From contig CM035356.1 in NCBI GenBank assembly GCA_020137815.1, positions 5,022,001-5,086,000 on the forward strand: a DNA stretch of 64,000 nucleotides, written 5' to 3'. Below, in pieces: positions 46,660 to 57,900 of the stretch (position 1 is the first letter of the stretch; each line of letters begins with the position of its first letter). This DNA comes from Hormiphora californensis (lineage: Eukaryota > Animalia > Ctenophora). The notes beneath the pieces were generated by a model. That model saw nothing but the letters and a program-made list of their open reading frames with translations, did not search any database and had not been told where the DNA came from. The translations under genes were made by a program, and so were the position numbers.

Positions 46660-49600
46660 GTTTAAGTTTAAGTTTAAGTTTAAGTTTAAGTTTACGCACA
46701 ATTTATCACAAAGTCACTCAAATAAGATATAACTTCGTCCCGCTCTTACACCATACACCAATAAAAGTGATACAAGGCTGAGAGGTGAAACTATAAAACA
46801 GTTCACATCAGCGGTTTCCTAAAGCGGTTTAAACAATACTTAGAGACAGTGATACACATCCTAGTAGCATAAGATGCACAAAATACGAGGAACAAGGGGT
46901 TATAGAAAACAAGGTAATGAACTAACAAAACAAGCAGACAAACATAAAAACAGATTAAACAGAATACACAAAGTCACAGACGCAAAACACAACATAAACA
47001 TTCAATACAAAACGGTTAATACAAAAACATGCTAACACACTTACAAACACATTCACAGACAAACAAACAATCACAAACACATACACACAGATTCGGTAAT
47101 AAATAATAAATTAGCAGTCCTTCAAACACACACTCACTGAAGAGTCCTTGACTAGTTTTTTATCGAGAAAAACGTTTAAAACGGTGTGTATGGGTCTTCT
47201 TTCTTCATTCTTCGGCATAAAACTCAGCCAGTCTGGAACCTCAGCTACTCAAACTCTGCTAAACAACTCAGAGGCCAGAAAATGTTAACAATTCACACAA
47301 AAAATTCACACAAAATGCACACTTGAAAATATTAACTCATTGACTCAGTCATGGGTGGTCCCTCTACTAAGTCTCAGGTAGATGTAGGAAGGAATGGTGT
47401 AGAAAGTAGGAAGGGATGTAGGAAGGAATATAGGAAGGAATGGTGCAGGATAGAGACAGTAGGTCATAGGTGGGATGTAAGGGAGCTGGAGAGAGGGTCT
47501 GGAAAAAGAGACAGCACCCAGGACACGGGAAACCCAGGTAAGGACAGGGAGGCAGACTATTTAGTTCCAGGAAGAAATGATGTAGGATTGAGAAAGCAGG
47601 TCGTAGGTGGGATATAGGGGAGCTGGAGTGTGGGTCTGGAAGTAGGGCGTGTGTGTGTGTGTGTGTTTTGCACCGCCCGTCATTCCTCCCACTTTACTGC
47701 CCCACAATGGTCGGCAGACAACCTATATTAATATCACTCTTCGCCACCGTCCCCCACACGTAGGGATAATGTTGATGTTGTTCCGGTTTGGGTCCTGGTA
47801 TTTTGTTGAGCAAGCTCAACATTTCCCTCGAACCTTCGCCGGCATCACAAGAAGAGTATTTGATACAGTGAATCTAATATTAGACTGACATACCTATATT
47901 GTCAGGACAATGGATGGAATTTACCTGTCTCACAGACTGGTCTTTGGTTACTACTGCTCCAGGGAGCTGTAGAGGTAGGTGGGTTGCCGGATATGACAAT
48001 ACCGTGGGTTCACCATCTAATCGGTGACGGCTGAAATATCTTATCACACCTCAGGTCTTTGGTCAAAACCGCTAGCAGTACTTATCAGCATGCAACCTGG
48101 GGGTCCGGACAGCTAATTTCTTAGCAAGCACAGATAAGCATGAAAAACGCTTATGTAAACTTCTGGTGAGCATTTGGCAAATTATCAGCTCCCAGGGGTT
48201 GCACTATTGCGGGGTAATTACTTGCCATACGGCGGAGGTGGCCCTTTGTTATGGCCCAGAACTGCCCTACCTTAATAGTGGGACCCTTATGATGTGGTTT
48301 TGTGGAATTCCCCGGCCGTAGCGATTCTTGCCCTGTGGTTTGCTACTTCTTTCAGATCGGGATGGTTGGGGATGGTTTATTCGAATAGGTTACTTCTGTA
48401 TACTAATTTGGAGAATTTGTGCAGATCCAGTGTGTTGCTGGGAGTGAGAATGTTGTTGATGATATCTTGGTAGTCGAGTTTGTATCGTAGCTCATCTAGG
48501 TCTGGGCAGTGGAGGAGCTGCAAAGGTAGTATGTGGCAAAAATTTGGGCAGAGGTTCCCCAGGGGAATAACCCCTATTTTTGCGAGAGAAGGTAACCTCC
48601 GTCCGACCAATATGGGATGTTGGACAGGAGGGCTGTTTTAAAGGCTACAGCTGCCGGGTGATTACAAATCATGGGTTGCCATAATTGAGGGAGGCTAGTT
48701 CTCTGGCGTAGAATTTACCCCCATAATTAAATGGGAGACAGCCGAAGGGTCATCAGGCATGCCTAGTAGGCAGAGGCCCTCGCTGATTACAAATCATGGG
48801 TTGCCATGTGTAACAAGGTTACTGGCTGGGGTGAGATTATCAGTTCAACCGGGATCCTCACTAAGACTCAGCCCGACGACCGACCGACAAATGATCGATC
48901 AACGACTGATATCAATCGTCAACCAACCGCTCATCAATCGACCGCCGAACCAAATCCCAGCAGGGACCAGCCGCACTGCAAGAGCTCGGTGCCATAGTTG
49001 AGTTCGGCAAGGTCTCTGGCAAAGTTTACTCCTCAAGATTGGGGAGAGAGCCGGTGTGATTTGACCGTAATCACTGGACCATCAGCCAACCAGGTCCACG
49101 GCGGGGTAATTACTTGCCATACGGCGGAGGTGGCCATTTGTTTGGCCCAGACCTGCCCTACCACTTTTGGGTCCCTTATTGCGTTGTTATAGAAGAAAAA
49201 TCCCCCATAAGTAGCGTTGCCCTATAGTTTGCCACTTGTTCCAGGTCGGGATAGTTAGGGATGGTTTAATCGAATAGGTTACTTTTGGCTATTAGTTTGG
49301 AGAATTTTACCAAATCAAGTGTGTTGCTTGATCTGTTTGTTAGTGAGAAGGATTGTTCTAGATATATTGCAAAGGTAGTATGTGGCAAAAATTTGGGCAG
49401 AGGTTCCCCAGGGGAAAAACCCCTATTTTTGCGAGAGAAGGTAACCTCCGTCCGACCAATATGGGATGTTGGACAGGAGGGCTGTTTTAAAGGCTACAGC
49501 TGACGGGTGATTACAAATCATGGGTTGCCATAATTGAGGGAGGCTAGTTCTCTGGCGTAGAATTTACCCCCATAATTAAATGGGAGACAGCCGAAGGGTC

Positions 49601-49965
49601 ATCAGGCATGCCTAGTAGGCAGAGGCCCTCGGTGATTACGAATCATGGGTTGCCATGTGTAACAAGGTTACTGGCTGGGGTGAGATTATCAGTTCAACCG
49701 GGATCCTCACTAAGACTCAGCCCGACGACCGACCGACAAACGATCGATTAACGACTGATATCAATCGTCAACCAACCGCTCATCAATCGACCGCCGAACC
49801 AAATCCCAGCAGGGACCAGCCGCACTGCAAGTAGGGCGTGGTGGCAATGGTAGCGAGAGACAGCAGACAGGACGACTCGACCCGACCATTTGAAATCCCA
49901 AGCCAGAGCGTAACGAACGGCCCTAACCCGTCTCATAGCGTAGAGAGAGCCTCTCTATGCTAACA
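46660..49965 (-). mobile_element. Composite non-autonomous retroelement-like region: two ~463-bp direct repeats, each fused to a related ORF tail/3' UTR, ending in a (TAAACT)n tail
   Basis: 48519-48981 is nearly identical to 49368-49830. ORF tails ...SNTLDLHKFSKLVYRSNLFE* and ...SNTLDLVKFSKLIAKSNLFD*. Hexamer tail at 46660-46693. Confidence 0.55.
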
Positions 49966-50330
49966 TGGGGTTGACATACACTACATGCCCCTCTACGTTG
50001 GTGCATGCGGGGCCGGGGCTGCAGCGCTTTCCAATTTCCAGGATGGCCGAGGTGGGGCAAAGGTGTACAGTTGAAAAATGGATGAAAGCAAAAGTTTCAA
50101 AAACGAACACCAACACCGATTGGCGTTTGAAATCACTTTTCAACAACCGAAGAGAAGGCAGAAGCTGCCGACGAGAGAAAGAAAACTGAAAAGCGAAGAG
50201 AGAAAGCAAAGCAAAATTTTAGATTTAAAAAAAAAAAGTATTTAGATGGCACGATGCGCGCGCTGCGTTAAACGTAGCGCGCTTAAAATCTTTGCGATGC
50301 GATGCATGGATGAAAAATAGACACAGCACA

Positions 50331-51719
50331 CAAGACACAGCACACAAGAAATCTGAAGTTCAAATGGGGATATGTTCAGAGAACAGTTCCAGACATTGGA
50401 ACGCTCTTCAAGCCCCTGGAGGACATTATTAGACACGAGCTGATCCCGGTTCTACTAGGCACCCACGTAAATGATCAGCAACGCTGCTTGTTGGCTCTAC
50501 CGGTCAGAATGGGCGGACTAGGTTTGGACAACCCTGTCGAAACTGCGAACCATGCTTACACCCACTCCAGATTTTGCACAGAACCGTTGGTCAACCACTT
50601 ACTGTCTGAAGAAATCCATGATCATGCAGTTGTCGCTCGACTAGACAAAGCCGTTTCTGAGAAGATTACAGAGTGTGAGCTAGCCACCAAAACCAGACAT
50701 CAAGCAAACTTCAAGATCATCCACACAATGATGGATAGTTACGGCCAGCGTCTTCTAGCTCTCAACACTGAACCAGGAGCATCCTCATGGCTAACAGCTC
50801 GGCCAATCGATAGTCTTGGTTACGAACTCACGAAGCAGGAATTCCATGACGCTATGCGCCTAAGATTCGGACTTCACTTCCCTGATCTTAACCTCCGATG
50901 TGCATGCGGTAAGGACAACGATGTAAACCACGCCCTCAGTTGTGCCAAAGGAGGATACACTATCATGAGACACGACAAGATCCGAGACGCTACAGCTGAA
51001 ATTCTCAGCTATGCAGGTGTGAAAGGAGTAGAGACTGAACGACTCCTGCAACCTTGTGATGACTTTGCCGAAAGGCTCCCACATTGGACAAATCAAGATA
51101 GGGATGCCCGTATGGACATTGTCGGAACCGGATTGTGGCAGCCCGAACAACTGAACTTCTTCGATGTCAGAGTTGTCCATGCCAATTCTGCATCATATCT
51201 CTCAACACCTCCAACATCTCTGTACAGAGACCATGAACAGAGGAAGAAGAGAAGCTACATGAGGAGAGTACAGATGGTGGAAGGGGGCTCATTCACCCCT
51301 CTGATAATGTCAACTACAGGAGGACTCGGAGACGAATTCATGAAAACCCTGAAGAAAGCTGCCTCAAGGATTGAGGAAAAACACGGAGAAAGATATCCAG
51401 AGGTAATGGCTACAATAAAGCAAAAGTTGAGATTCTCCATCCTTAGGTCAACTTTGAGGAGCTTGAGAGGTTGTAGGGTACCCATAAGAACACCAACACT
51501 GGACAATTTTGACTTCAACCTTTGAAATGTCATTAGTGATGAGAGACTATTTTTATATTATTTATCAATTTTTTAGTGTGTAGGCGTTTGATTAAGTTTT
51601 TTTTCTGCACAACCCACACAGGGACCATATGATGACTTGATTCACACCTCACCGTGTCTAGTGGCTGCTCTGCACCGTTTCACCCCTGAGGTCCCTAGTG
51701 GGTTGTGTTTATATAAATC
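50331..51719 (+). mobile_element. 5'-truncated CRE-clade non-LTR retrotransposon (RT thumb + CCHC + restriction-like endonuclease)
   Basis: Frame is open from about 50345 (KWGYVQRTVPDI...LPVRMGGLG) to 51525. Motifs GASSWL, EFHDAMRLRFG, CACG..NHALSC.KGG...RHD, RMDI...FFDVRV and EQRKKRSY. Candidate 11-bp TSD gacacagcaca at 50320-50330 and 51720-51730. Confidence 0.88.
51620..51696 (+). ncRNA. Box C/D snoRNA-like module in the CRE 3' UTR
   Basis: Terminal stem AGGGACC/GGTCCCT. Box C ATGATGA at 51629-51635, two nt after the stem. Box D CTGA at 51686-51689, abutting the stem. Outer 10-bp stem cacaacccac/gtgggttgtg. Confidence 0.6.
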
Positions 51720-51978
51720 GACACAGCACAGACGTTTTTTGGATTTCATTTGTATTTTTGAAATTTAGGCTCTTCTTCGCCGTTCGCGCCCTCACGTCCT
51801 CTAACCTCCTCTAGTCGTCTATGACTAATGGCATAGGCCATGCAAACTATTTGGTACAAATAAGTTTACAACTTTTTCAGTTTTTAACTTTTTTCCAGGG
51901 TTTCGACGCTCAACGGAGTGCGGTTTCCCCGTCTTGGGTACCCATTCTAAACATAAAATGTTTCCTTTAGGATGCTCA

Positions 51979-53784
51979 ATGGTTGAATATGTTCTTTGTT
52001 TGTTCCTGAGCCTCACATCACTCGCCCTCACCTCCGAACTCTACCCCTATCTTGACCGGGATGCAATACCAACCCATGAGGCCCCAGGAGGCTATGAGTC
52101 ATTTGAGGTTGCCCAACAAAACAGTGCAACTTCTCCCCCAACTGTCAAGATATTTACTGACGATGTAGCTGGTTCAAATCCACACCGGTTCGCTTATGGC
52201 CACATGGCAGTGATATCCAACCCTCGTGATACACTCTCAATCTATGAACCGAGTGGTAACGACTCGTGCACTGCTCAACCTTGGACGAAACAGCGACTGT
52301 TGACGAAAACCGCTGCTACTCATAACTGTATTTACGCTACGAACGGCGGATTTTTCAACACTACAACGGGAAACTGTCTTGGTAACATGGTCAGCGAGGG
52401 GAGGTTGGTTGTGAATGGACAAGGAATCATGAATCCAAATTTTGGTGTTCTGAAAAATGGGACGATAGTTGTAGGATACCTGTCTGAAGAACATGTCCTG
52501 GGCTGGGATTTCCAAACTCTCGTCCAAGGAATTATTTGGTTGGTTCGAGATAGCAGGAACCATGTTGAAGAGTCGATTGAAATAGAGAGCGGGGACATGC
52601 AGACAACTGGCAATCTAGAGGGTTTTGTGAGTGTCGTCTCTGCTCGAACCGCTATCGGCCACGATAAGGATGGCAATGTGCTATTGTTACATGTGGAGGG
52701 CAAGACTTGGTCCCGGGGAATTAACTTGCGTGAATTCGCTGATTTGTTGGTTGTGCACGGGTTTGTTAATGCTGTTAATCTGGATGGTGGGAGCAGTGCT
52801 ACAGTTGCATATAACACTACCCTGATCAACTACCCCTCGGAGCATTGTCCAACAGAGGGAGGTGCGTACAGGTGTGAGCGGGCTCTCTCCTCCATCCTAT
52901 GTGTGCACGCTGAGTGTGAGTGTGAACATGGGACATGTGTACATAACGTGTGTGAGTGTGATGAAGGGTGGCAGGGAACTAGTTGTTCAGACCCCATAAC
53001 ATGTCCTCTAGACTGCTCTGAACACGGGGTGTGTACTACCCAGGGATGTTTGTGTAACCCTGGTTACCTCGGATCAGGATGCCAGGTCACCTGCCCAGAA
53101 GGATCCTTTGGGGAAGAGTGTGGCAGGGAGTGTAACTGCGTGTACGGGAGTTGTGATGCTGTCCACGGAGCCTGCACCTGTTTTGCGGGTTGGACGGGTG
53201 TTAACTGTAACTCAGCGTGCCCCAATAATACCTGGGGCCGGGAGTGCAAGCAGGCGTGTACAGCGTGCAGTGAGCACGGTGTATGCGACCCTAAGACAGG
53301 AGAGTGCCTGTGTGCAGCAAGCTGGCAGGGCAAGATCTGCCAAGTATACCGGGGAACATATCACTTTATAAACGGGTTACCATCGCGGGATTTCGGGATT
53401 CTAGCTGTTCTCATTGCTCTGGTTGCCATTGTGCTAGTGTCCATGAGCGTTAATGTGTATTACTGCCTCAAGTACAAGAACTATAAAAAATCCCGGAGAT
53501 CTCGGGGAGGGGCCAGCAGTAGAAACCACAACACTAACTCAACCTCCCGCTCCCCTAAACTACCATCCGTGTCATTGTCCCCTTTGGAACACACCAAGCG
53601 GCAGATACCGATCTTTAGAGAGCTGCAGAATGGGGGACAGCACGCAGGTAGGGAGGTGATGGAATCTGCTAATGGGGGTCAACACACAGGGAGGGAGGTG
53701 CTGGAAATGATTGAGAGAGTACAAAATGAACAAGATAGTGAGGGGAGTGATGCTGCAGATACTACGGCACTTCTTAAAACTTAA
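51979..53784 (+). CDS. NAGPA: N-acetylglucosamine-1-phosphodiester alpha-N-acetylglucosaminidase (uncovering enzyme), single coding exon
   Basis: Signal peptide MVEYVLCLFLSLTSLA (ATG at 51958 is an alternative start). Motifs ATNGGFF, CLGNMVSEG, SARTAIGHD, RGINLREFA and NAVNLDGGSS. EGF repeats, a TM helix and a cytosolic tail follow. Confidence 0.92.
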   Translation: MVEYVLCLFLSLTSLALTSELYPYLDRDAIPTHEAPGGYESFEVAQQNSATSPPTVKIFTDDVAGSNPHRFAYGHMAVISNPRDTLSIYEPSGNDSCTAQPWTKQRLLTKTAATHNCIYATNGGFFNTTTGNCLGNMVSEGRLVVNGQGIMNPNFGVLKNGTIVVGYLSEEHVLGWDFQTLVQGIIWLVRDSRNHVEESIEIESGDMQTTGNLEGFVSVVSARTAIGHDKDGNVLLLHVEGKTWSRGINLREFADLLVVHGFVNAVNLDGGSSATVAYNTTLINYPSEHCPTEGGAYRCERALSSILCVHAECECEHGTCVHNVCECDEGWQGTSCSDPITCPLDCSEHGVCTTQGCLCNPGYLGSGCQVTCPEGSFGEECGRECNCVYGSCDAVHGACTCFAGWTGVNCNSACPNNTWGRECKQACTACSEHGVCDPKTGECLCAASWQGKICQVYRGTYHFINGLPSRDFGILAVLIALVAIVLVSMSVNVYYCLKYKNYKKSRRSRGGASSRNHNTNSTSRSPKLPSVSLSPLEHTKRQIPIFRELQNGGQHAGREVMESANGGQHTGREVLEMIERVQNEQDSEGSDAADTTALLKT

Positions 53785-53809
53785 AACTTGTTGAAACATT
53801 GCAGGGGGT

Positions 53810-54038
53810 AAAGTCGGATTTTTTAATCAAGGGACAGGGGGGTCTTATTGACCTTATTTCAAACGCACATATCTCCGGTTTCTGATGAGATAGAGACTTG
53901 ACTTGGTTGGGAAGATCATGCCAAGTTCTTTATAACCTCCAAATTTCAAATCTTTATCTTATCAGGAACTGGAGATATGCAAGTTTGAAATAACGTCAAA
54001 AAGACCCCCCCTGTCCCTTGATTAAAAAATTCGACTTT
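53810..54038. mobile_element. Small MITE with ~70-bp imperfect TIRs just after the NAGPA stop
   Basis: aaagtcggattttttaatcaagggacaggggggtctt / aagacccccctgtcccttgattaaaaaattcgacttt. Confidence 0.75.
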
Positions 54039-54342
54039 GGATCAAGGGAGGGTCGATCAAGTGAAAACTGAAGTGTTTTATGTGTTTTATGTGATTGTTT
54101 TTGTGACCTAACTTGTGACTTGTGATGTGTATTTCGTGAGATCAGAGTGCCCCAAAATTTAATAATTTGATGTTTCTCTAATTCGAGTTTTATCGGCGAT
54201 ATAGTTATCAAACGAGACTCTACTGTGAGTTGTCTCATATATCTGCAATCTCTACACTCCCCCGAATTGTCTACATATTCCCTGCGTGTAGATCTGGTTT
54301 GCATTATAGAGAAAGAGTGAGTGAGAGAGAGAGTGAGAGAGA

Positions 54343-54410
<68 letters not shown>

Positions 54411-54984
54411 TAGAAACAGAAACAGAGACAGAGACAGAGACAATCAAGATGGTCACCCTTCGTTGAAATTTCTCCTCAACATATGCAACGTGTGTTGTAT
54501 CATGTGATGTGTGTGTAACGTGATAGCACTAAGCACTGAGAAGTATAGTACACAAGCTCAGCTGACTCAATTGACTGCCCATATTCCTCAAATATTTCAA
54601 GAAGAAGTCCTTCTGTTAGAGAGGGGAGTCACTGAGGGAGAAGAGAGGGGGACACAATCCCTTCCAGCCTGAGAAGAGAGGGGGACAGAATCCCTTCCAG
54701 CCAGAGAAAAGACCACACATGTATGAGTGTCTTTGGAATTTTTACCTCTAAATTATTACAGAGAGATTGTTGATGAACTCCATGATTGTAGACGTGTGTT
54801 TCTCTTTATGGCAAAACTTTTTGTTTTATTATACAGCTCCAACATCTCCCACATTGTATTGTTCATACTACTGCAACAGCACAACTCCCACACCGGCCTC
54901 TCCTTTTCACAACATTCTCCCCTCATTCCCTCTCACTTCTTGTCTCCCCCTTTATCATTCTCCCCTCTATTTATCTGTAGCACC

Positions 54985-57900
54985 ATGGAGAACGGTACAG
55001 CCCCACCACCGCGGCCACCCCACCCGATTCTACAATCCCTCAGTCAGCCCCATCACGTCCAGGCACTGGACAGGTTCTTGGATATCTCTAGACTTCTCTC
55101 TGAGGTTGAAACTGTGATGGGGGACCCCATACCTACCTTCAGATATACATGGTAATGTATAGCGGGGGGACAGTTATATTAGTTTGGAAAACATCTGGCT
55201 ATACAGGGTGTCCCATATATTCTGTGGGTCGGTTGGCGAGCTGTCACGCAAAAACGGTGATAGTTGTGTGAAAACAAACTACGGGAGTGTGCTGGATTAA
55301 TTCCTTCCTAACTGATGGCTTTGTTTTTAAATTAAATTTCAAAAGTTCATTTTTCATGAATGAACATTCCTGTCATTCATTCGTGAATTCAGAAATATTG
55401 TTTACCTTGAGTAAAAAACTTTTCTTTGGCTCGAAATTATCTTTCCAATGAGCACCATAAAAATCAAATTGAAGCACCGGATCGCATTGCAGGTGAGAAA
55501 TGCAAATGCATGATTTTGGCCATTCCTGCGACTTTCAATCAGCTGTATCACCGCTACTTTCAGTTCAATCCTTTTAAAAGTTTGGGTGAACATTGGTGAA
55601 GATAAGATCTTTGCTCACAAGAAAAATCAAGGTCAAAACTCAAAGTTCATTTTTCATTTTTGGTAGTTCATTCCACTCATTCAGGAAAAAACATCCCTAA
55701 AGTGACGAAAAGGTTTGGGTTTTGTATGGCCCATGTCCTGAAACGACAGAGAGGTGTAAAAACGTGTGTCCGGGCTAGTTAGTGGGTGTCCATGTGATCA
55801 TTATGATATATGACACCTTCGCTGAGCCATAATTAAGAGATTTTCTCAAATTCAAACATGGGATACGAGTATTCTGCGATTGGTATCGTGCACCAATAAC
55901 AAGAGATCCCATAGCACCTCAAAAATTATGATTAGCTAAATGAAATGAGTTGATTTACGATTGAAAAGATTAAAACCAATGTAAAGTCGGACTAAGCGAA
56001 CATTTTCAAGCGTGAATCAACTCATTTCATTTAGCTAATCATAATTTTTGAGGTGCTATGGGATCTCTTGTTATTGGTGCACGATACCAATCGCAGAATA
56101 CTCGTACCCCATGTTTGAATTTGAGAAAATCTCTTAATTATGGCTCAGCAAAGGTGTCAGATATCATAATGATCACATGGACACCCAATAACTAGCCCGG
56201 AAACACGTTTTTACACCTCTCTGTCGTTTCAGGACATGGGCCATACAAAACCCAAACCTTTTCGTCACTTTAGGGATGTTTTTTCCTGAATGAGTGGAAT
56301 GAACTACCAAAAATGAAAAATGAACTTTGAGTTTTGACCTTGATTTTTCTTGTGAGCAAAGATCTTATCTTCACCAATGTTCACCCAAACTTTTAAAAGG
56401 ATTGAACAAAAAGTAGCGGTGATACAGCTGATTGAAAGTCGCAGGAATGGCCAAAATCATGCATTTGCATTTTCTCACCTGCAATGCGATCCGGTGCTTC
56501 AATTTGATTTTTATGGTGCTCATTGAAAAGGTAATTTCGAGCCAAAGAAAAGTTTTTTACTCAAGGTAAACAATATTTCTGAATTCACGAATGAATGACA
56601 GGAATGTTCATTCATGAAAAATGAACTTTTGAAATTTAATTTAAAAACAAAGCCATCAGTTAGGAAGGAATTAATCCAGCACACTCCCGTAGTTTGTTTT
56701 CACACAACTATCACCGTTTTTGCGTGACAGCTCGCCAACCGACCCACAGAATATATGGGACACCCTGTATGTAGCGGCAAAATATCATAAAGCTGTCATT
56801 TTCTACGTCCCAATTTTCCCAGGAATTCTGAAGCTACAAGTATACCGGGGGAAGATGCTGTACTAATTGACCGGGGTTAGTATTGCTGTGACACAAAGTA
56901 CTTGACCTCTTAGCTATCCCGTATATATTGAGTTGCGGCCGAAATATAATATATATACCACGCCCCAAGGAGCTCCTTTCCCCCGAAGGCCGAAACTGGC
57001 CAAATTTGGCCACCCTGTTGGATGACTTAAAAACTAGAAATATTAGTAACAACACTTCTCGATTGCTATAAAACTTTGTATTTAGATTACAAGTTGGAGG
57101 AGAAGCACATCTATGATACCAGTGAACTGACAGAGGATAATATGTGGTTAAAAGACATAGTACTCTCTGACAGGTAATTTATGGAGGAACAGGGACACAC
57201 ACAGGTAACAGGAACCGACCGAAACAAGTAAACAACCAATCAGAACTCGTTATTTAGGTCACGTGACTGGTTATCAGCCAATCAGGGACCAGTATTTCCT
57301 GATTCGGTCGGTTCCTGTAAGGTAACATGGAGCTGGAGGGAGGGGTGGTCCCAGCACTCCAGGAGCTGGGGGAGTGACGGAGGGAGGTTTCTAGTCTAGC
57401 TCTCTTTCCCCCCTCTCTCATCCTCTCCAAGTTATCTCCATTTGTTCTCCAACAACAACAGTACAATCTGTACAAGCTAGAGCTCTCCTGCACTAATGTA
57501 CATCACACTAAGGACTATAATGTCGGGGCAATTCAGAATACCCCTATTCTCTCAACTATTCCAGTTTTCTATGACCTTGGTCGACCCCCTCACCCCGTCC
57601 CCCTCTAACTCCCTCTGACCCCCCCCCCTCTTACCTCACCCCTCTCTTTTTAACAGTTCGGATAGCTCTGACGAGGAAGAAATGAATCACGACGAGATGA
57701 GGAGGATGTTAAGAAAGTACAAACAAATGAAGAAGATAAGAGAGAAGACGAGACATCAACCTGTTTCCTACACAGGATATAGTACCTCAATTCTAGCATA
57801 CAGTGATACCCCCTTCCAGCTAGGTGAGAATCAGGAACCGACCAAATCAGGAAATACTGGTCCCTGATTGGCTGATAACCAGTCACGTGACCTAAATAAC

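Noticed and set aside
48205-48275. Possible HDV-like ribozyme on the minus strand
   Set aside because: P3/L3 geometry does not fit, and the candidate P1 is not kept in the second copy.
48735-48765. Possible hammerhead ribozyme (minus strand CTGATGA-CCC-TTCG)
   Set aside because: Stem II does not close and no GAAA follows.
51620-51696. SECIS element
   Set aside because: No helix II pairing or apical AA above the GA quartet, and no in-frame TGA in the upstream ORF. Box C/D fits better.
57201-57326. MITE copy 1 as an already functioning Introner intron
   Set aside because: The reading frame requires the donor at 57174, so this copy lies inside an existing intron.
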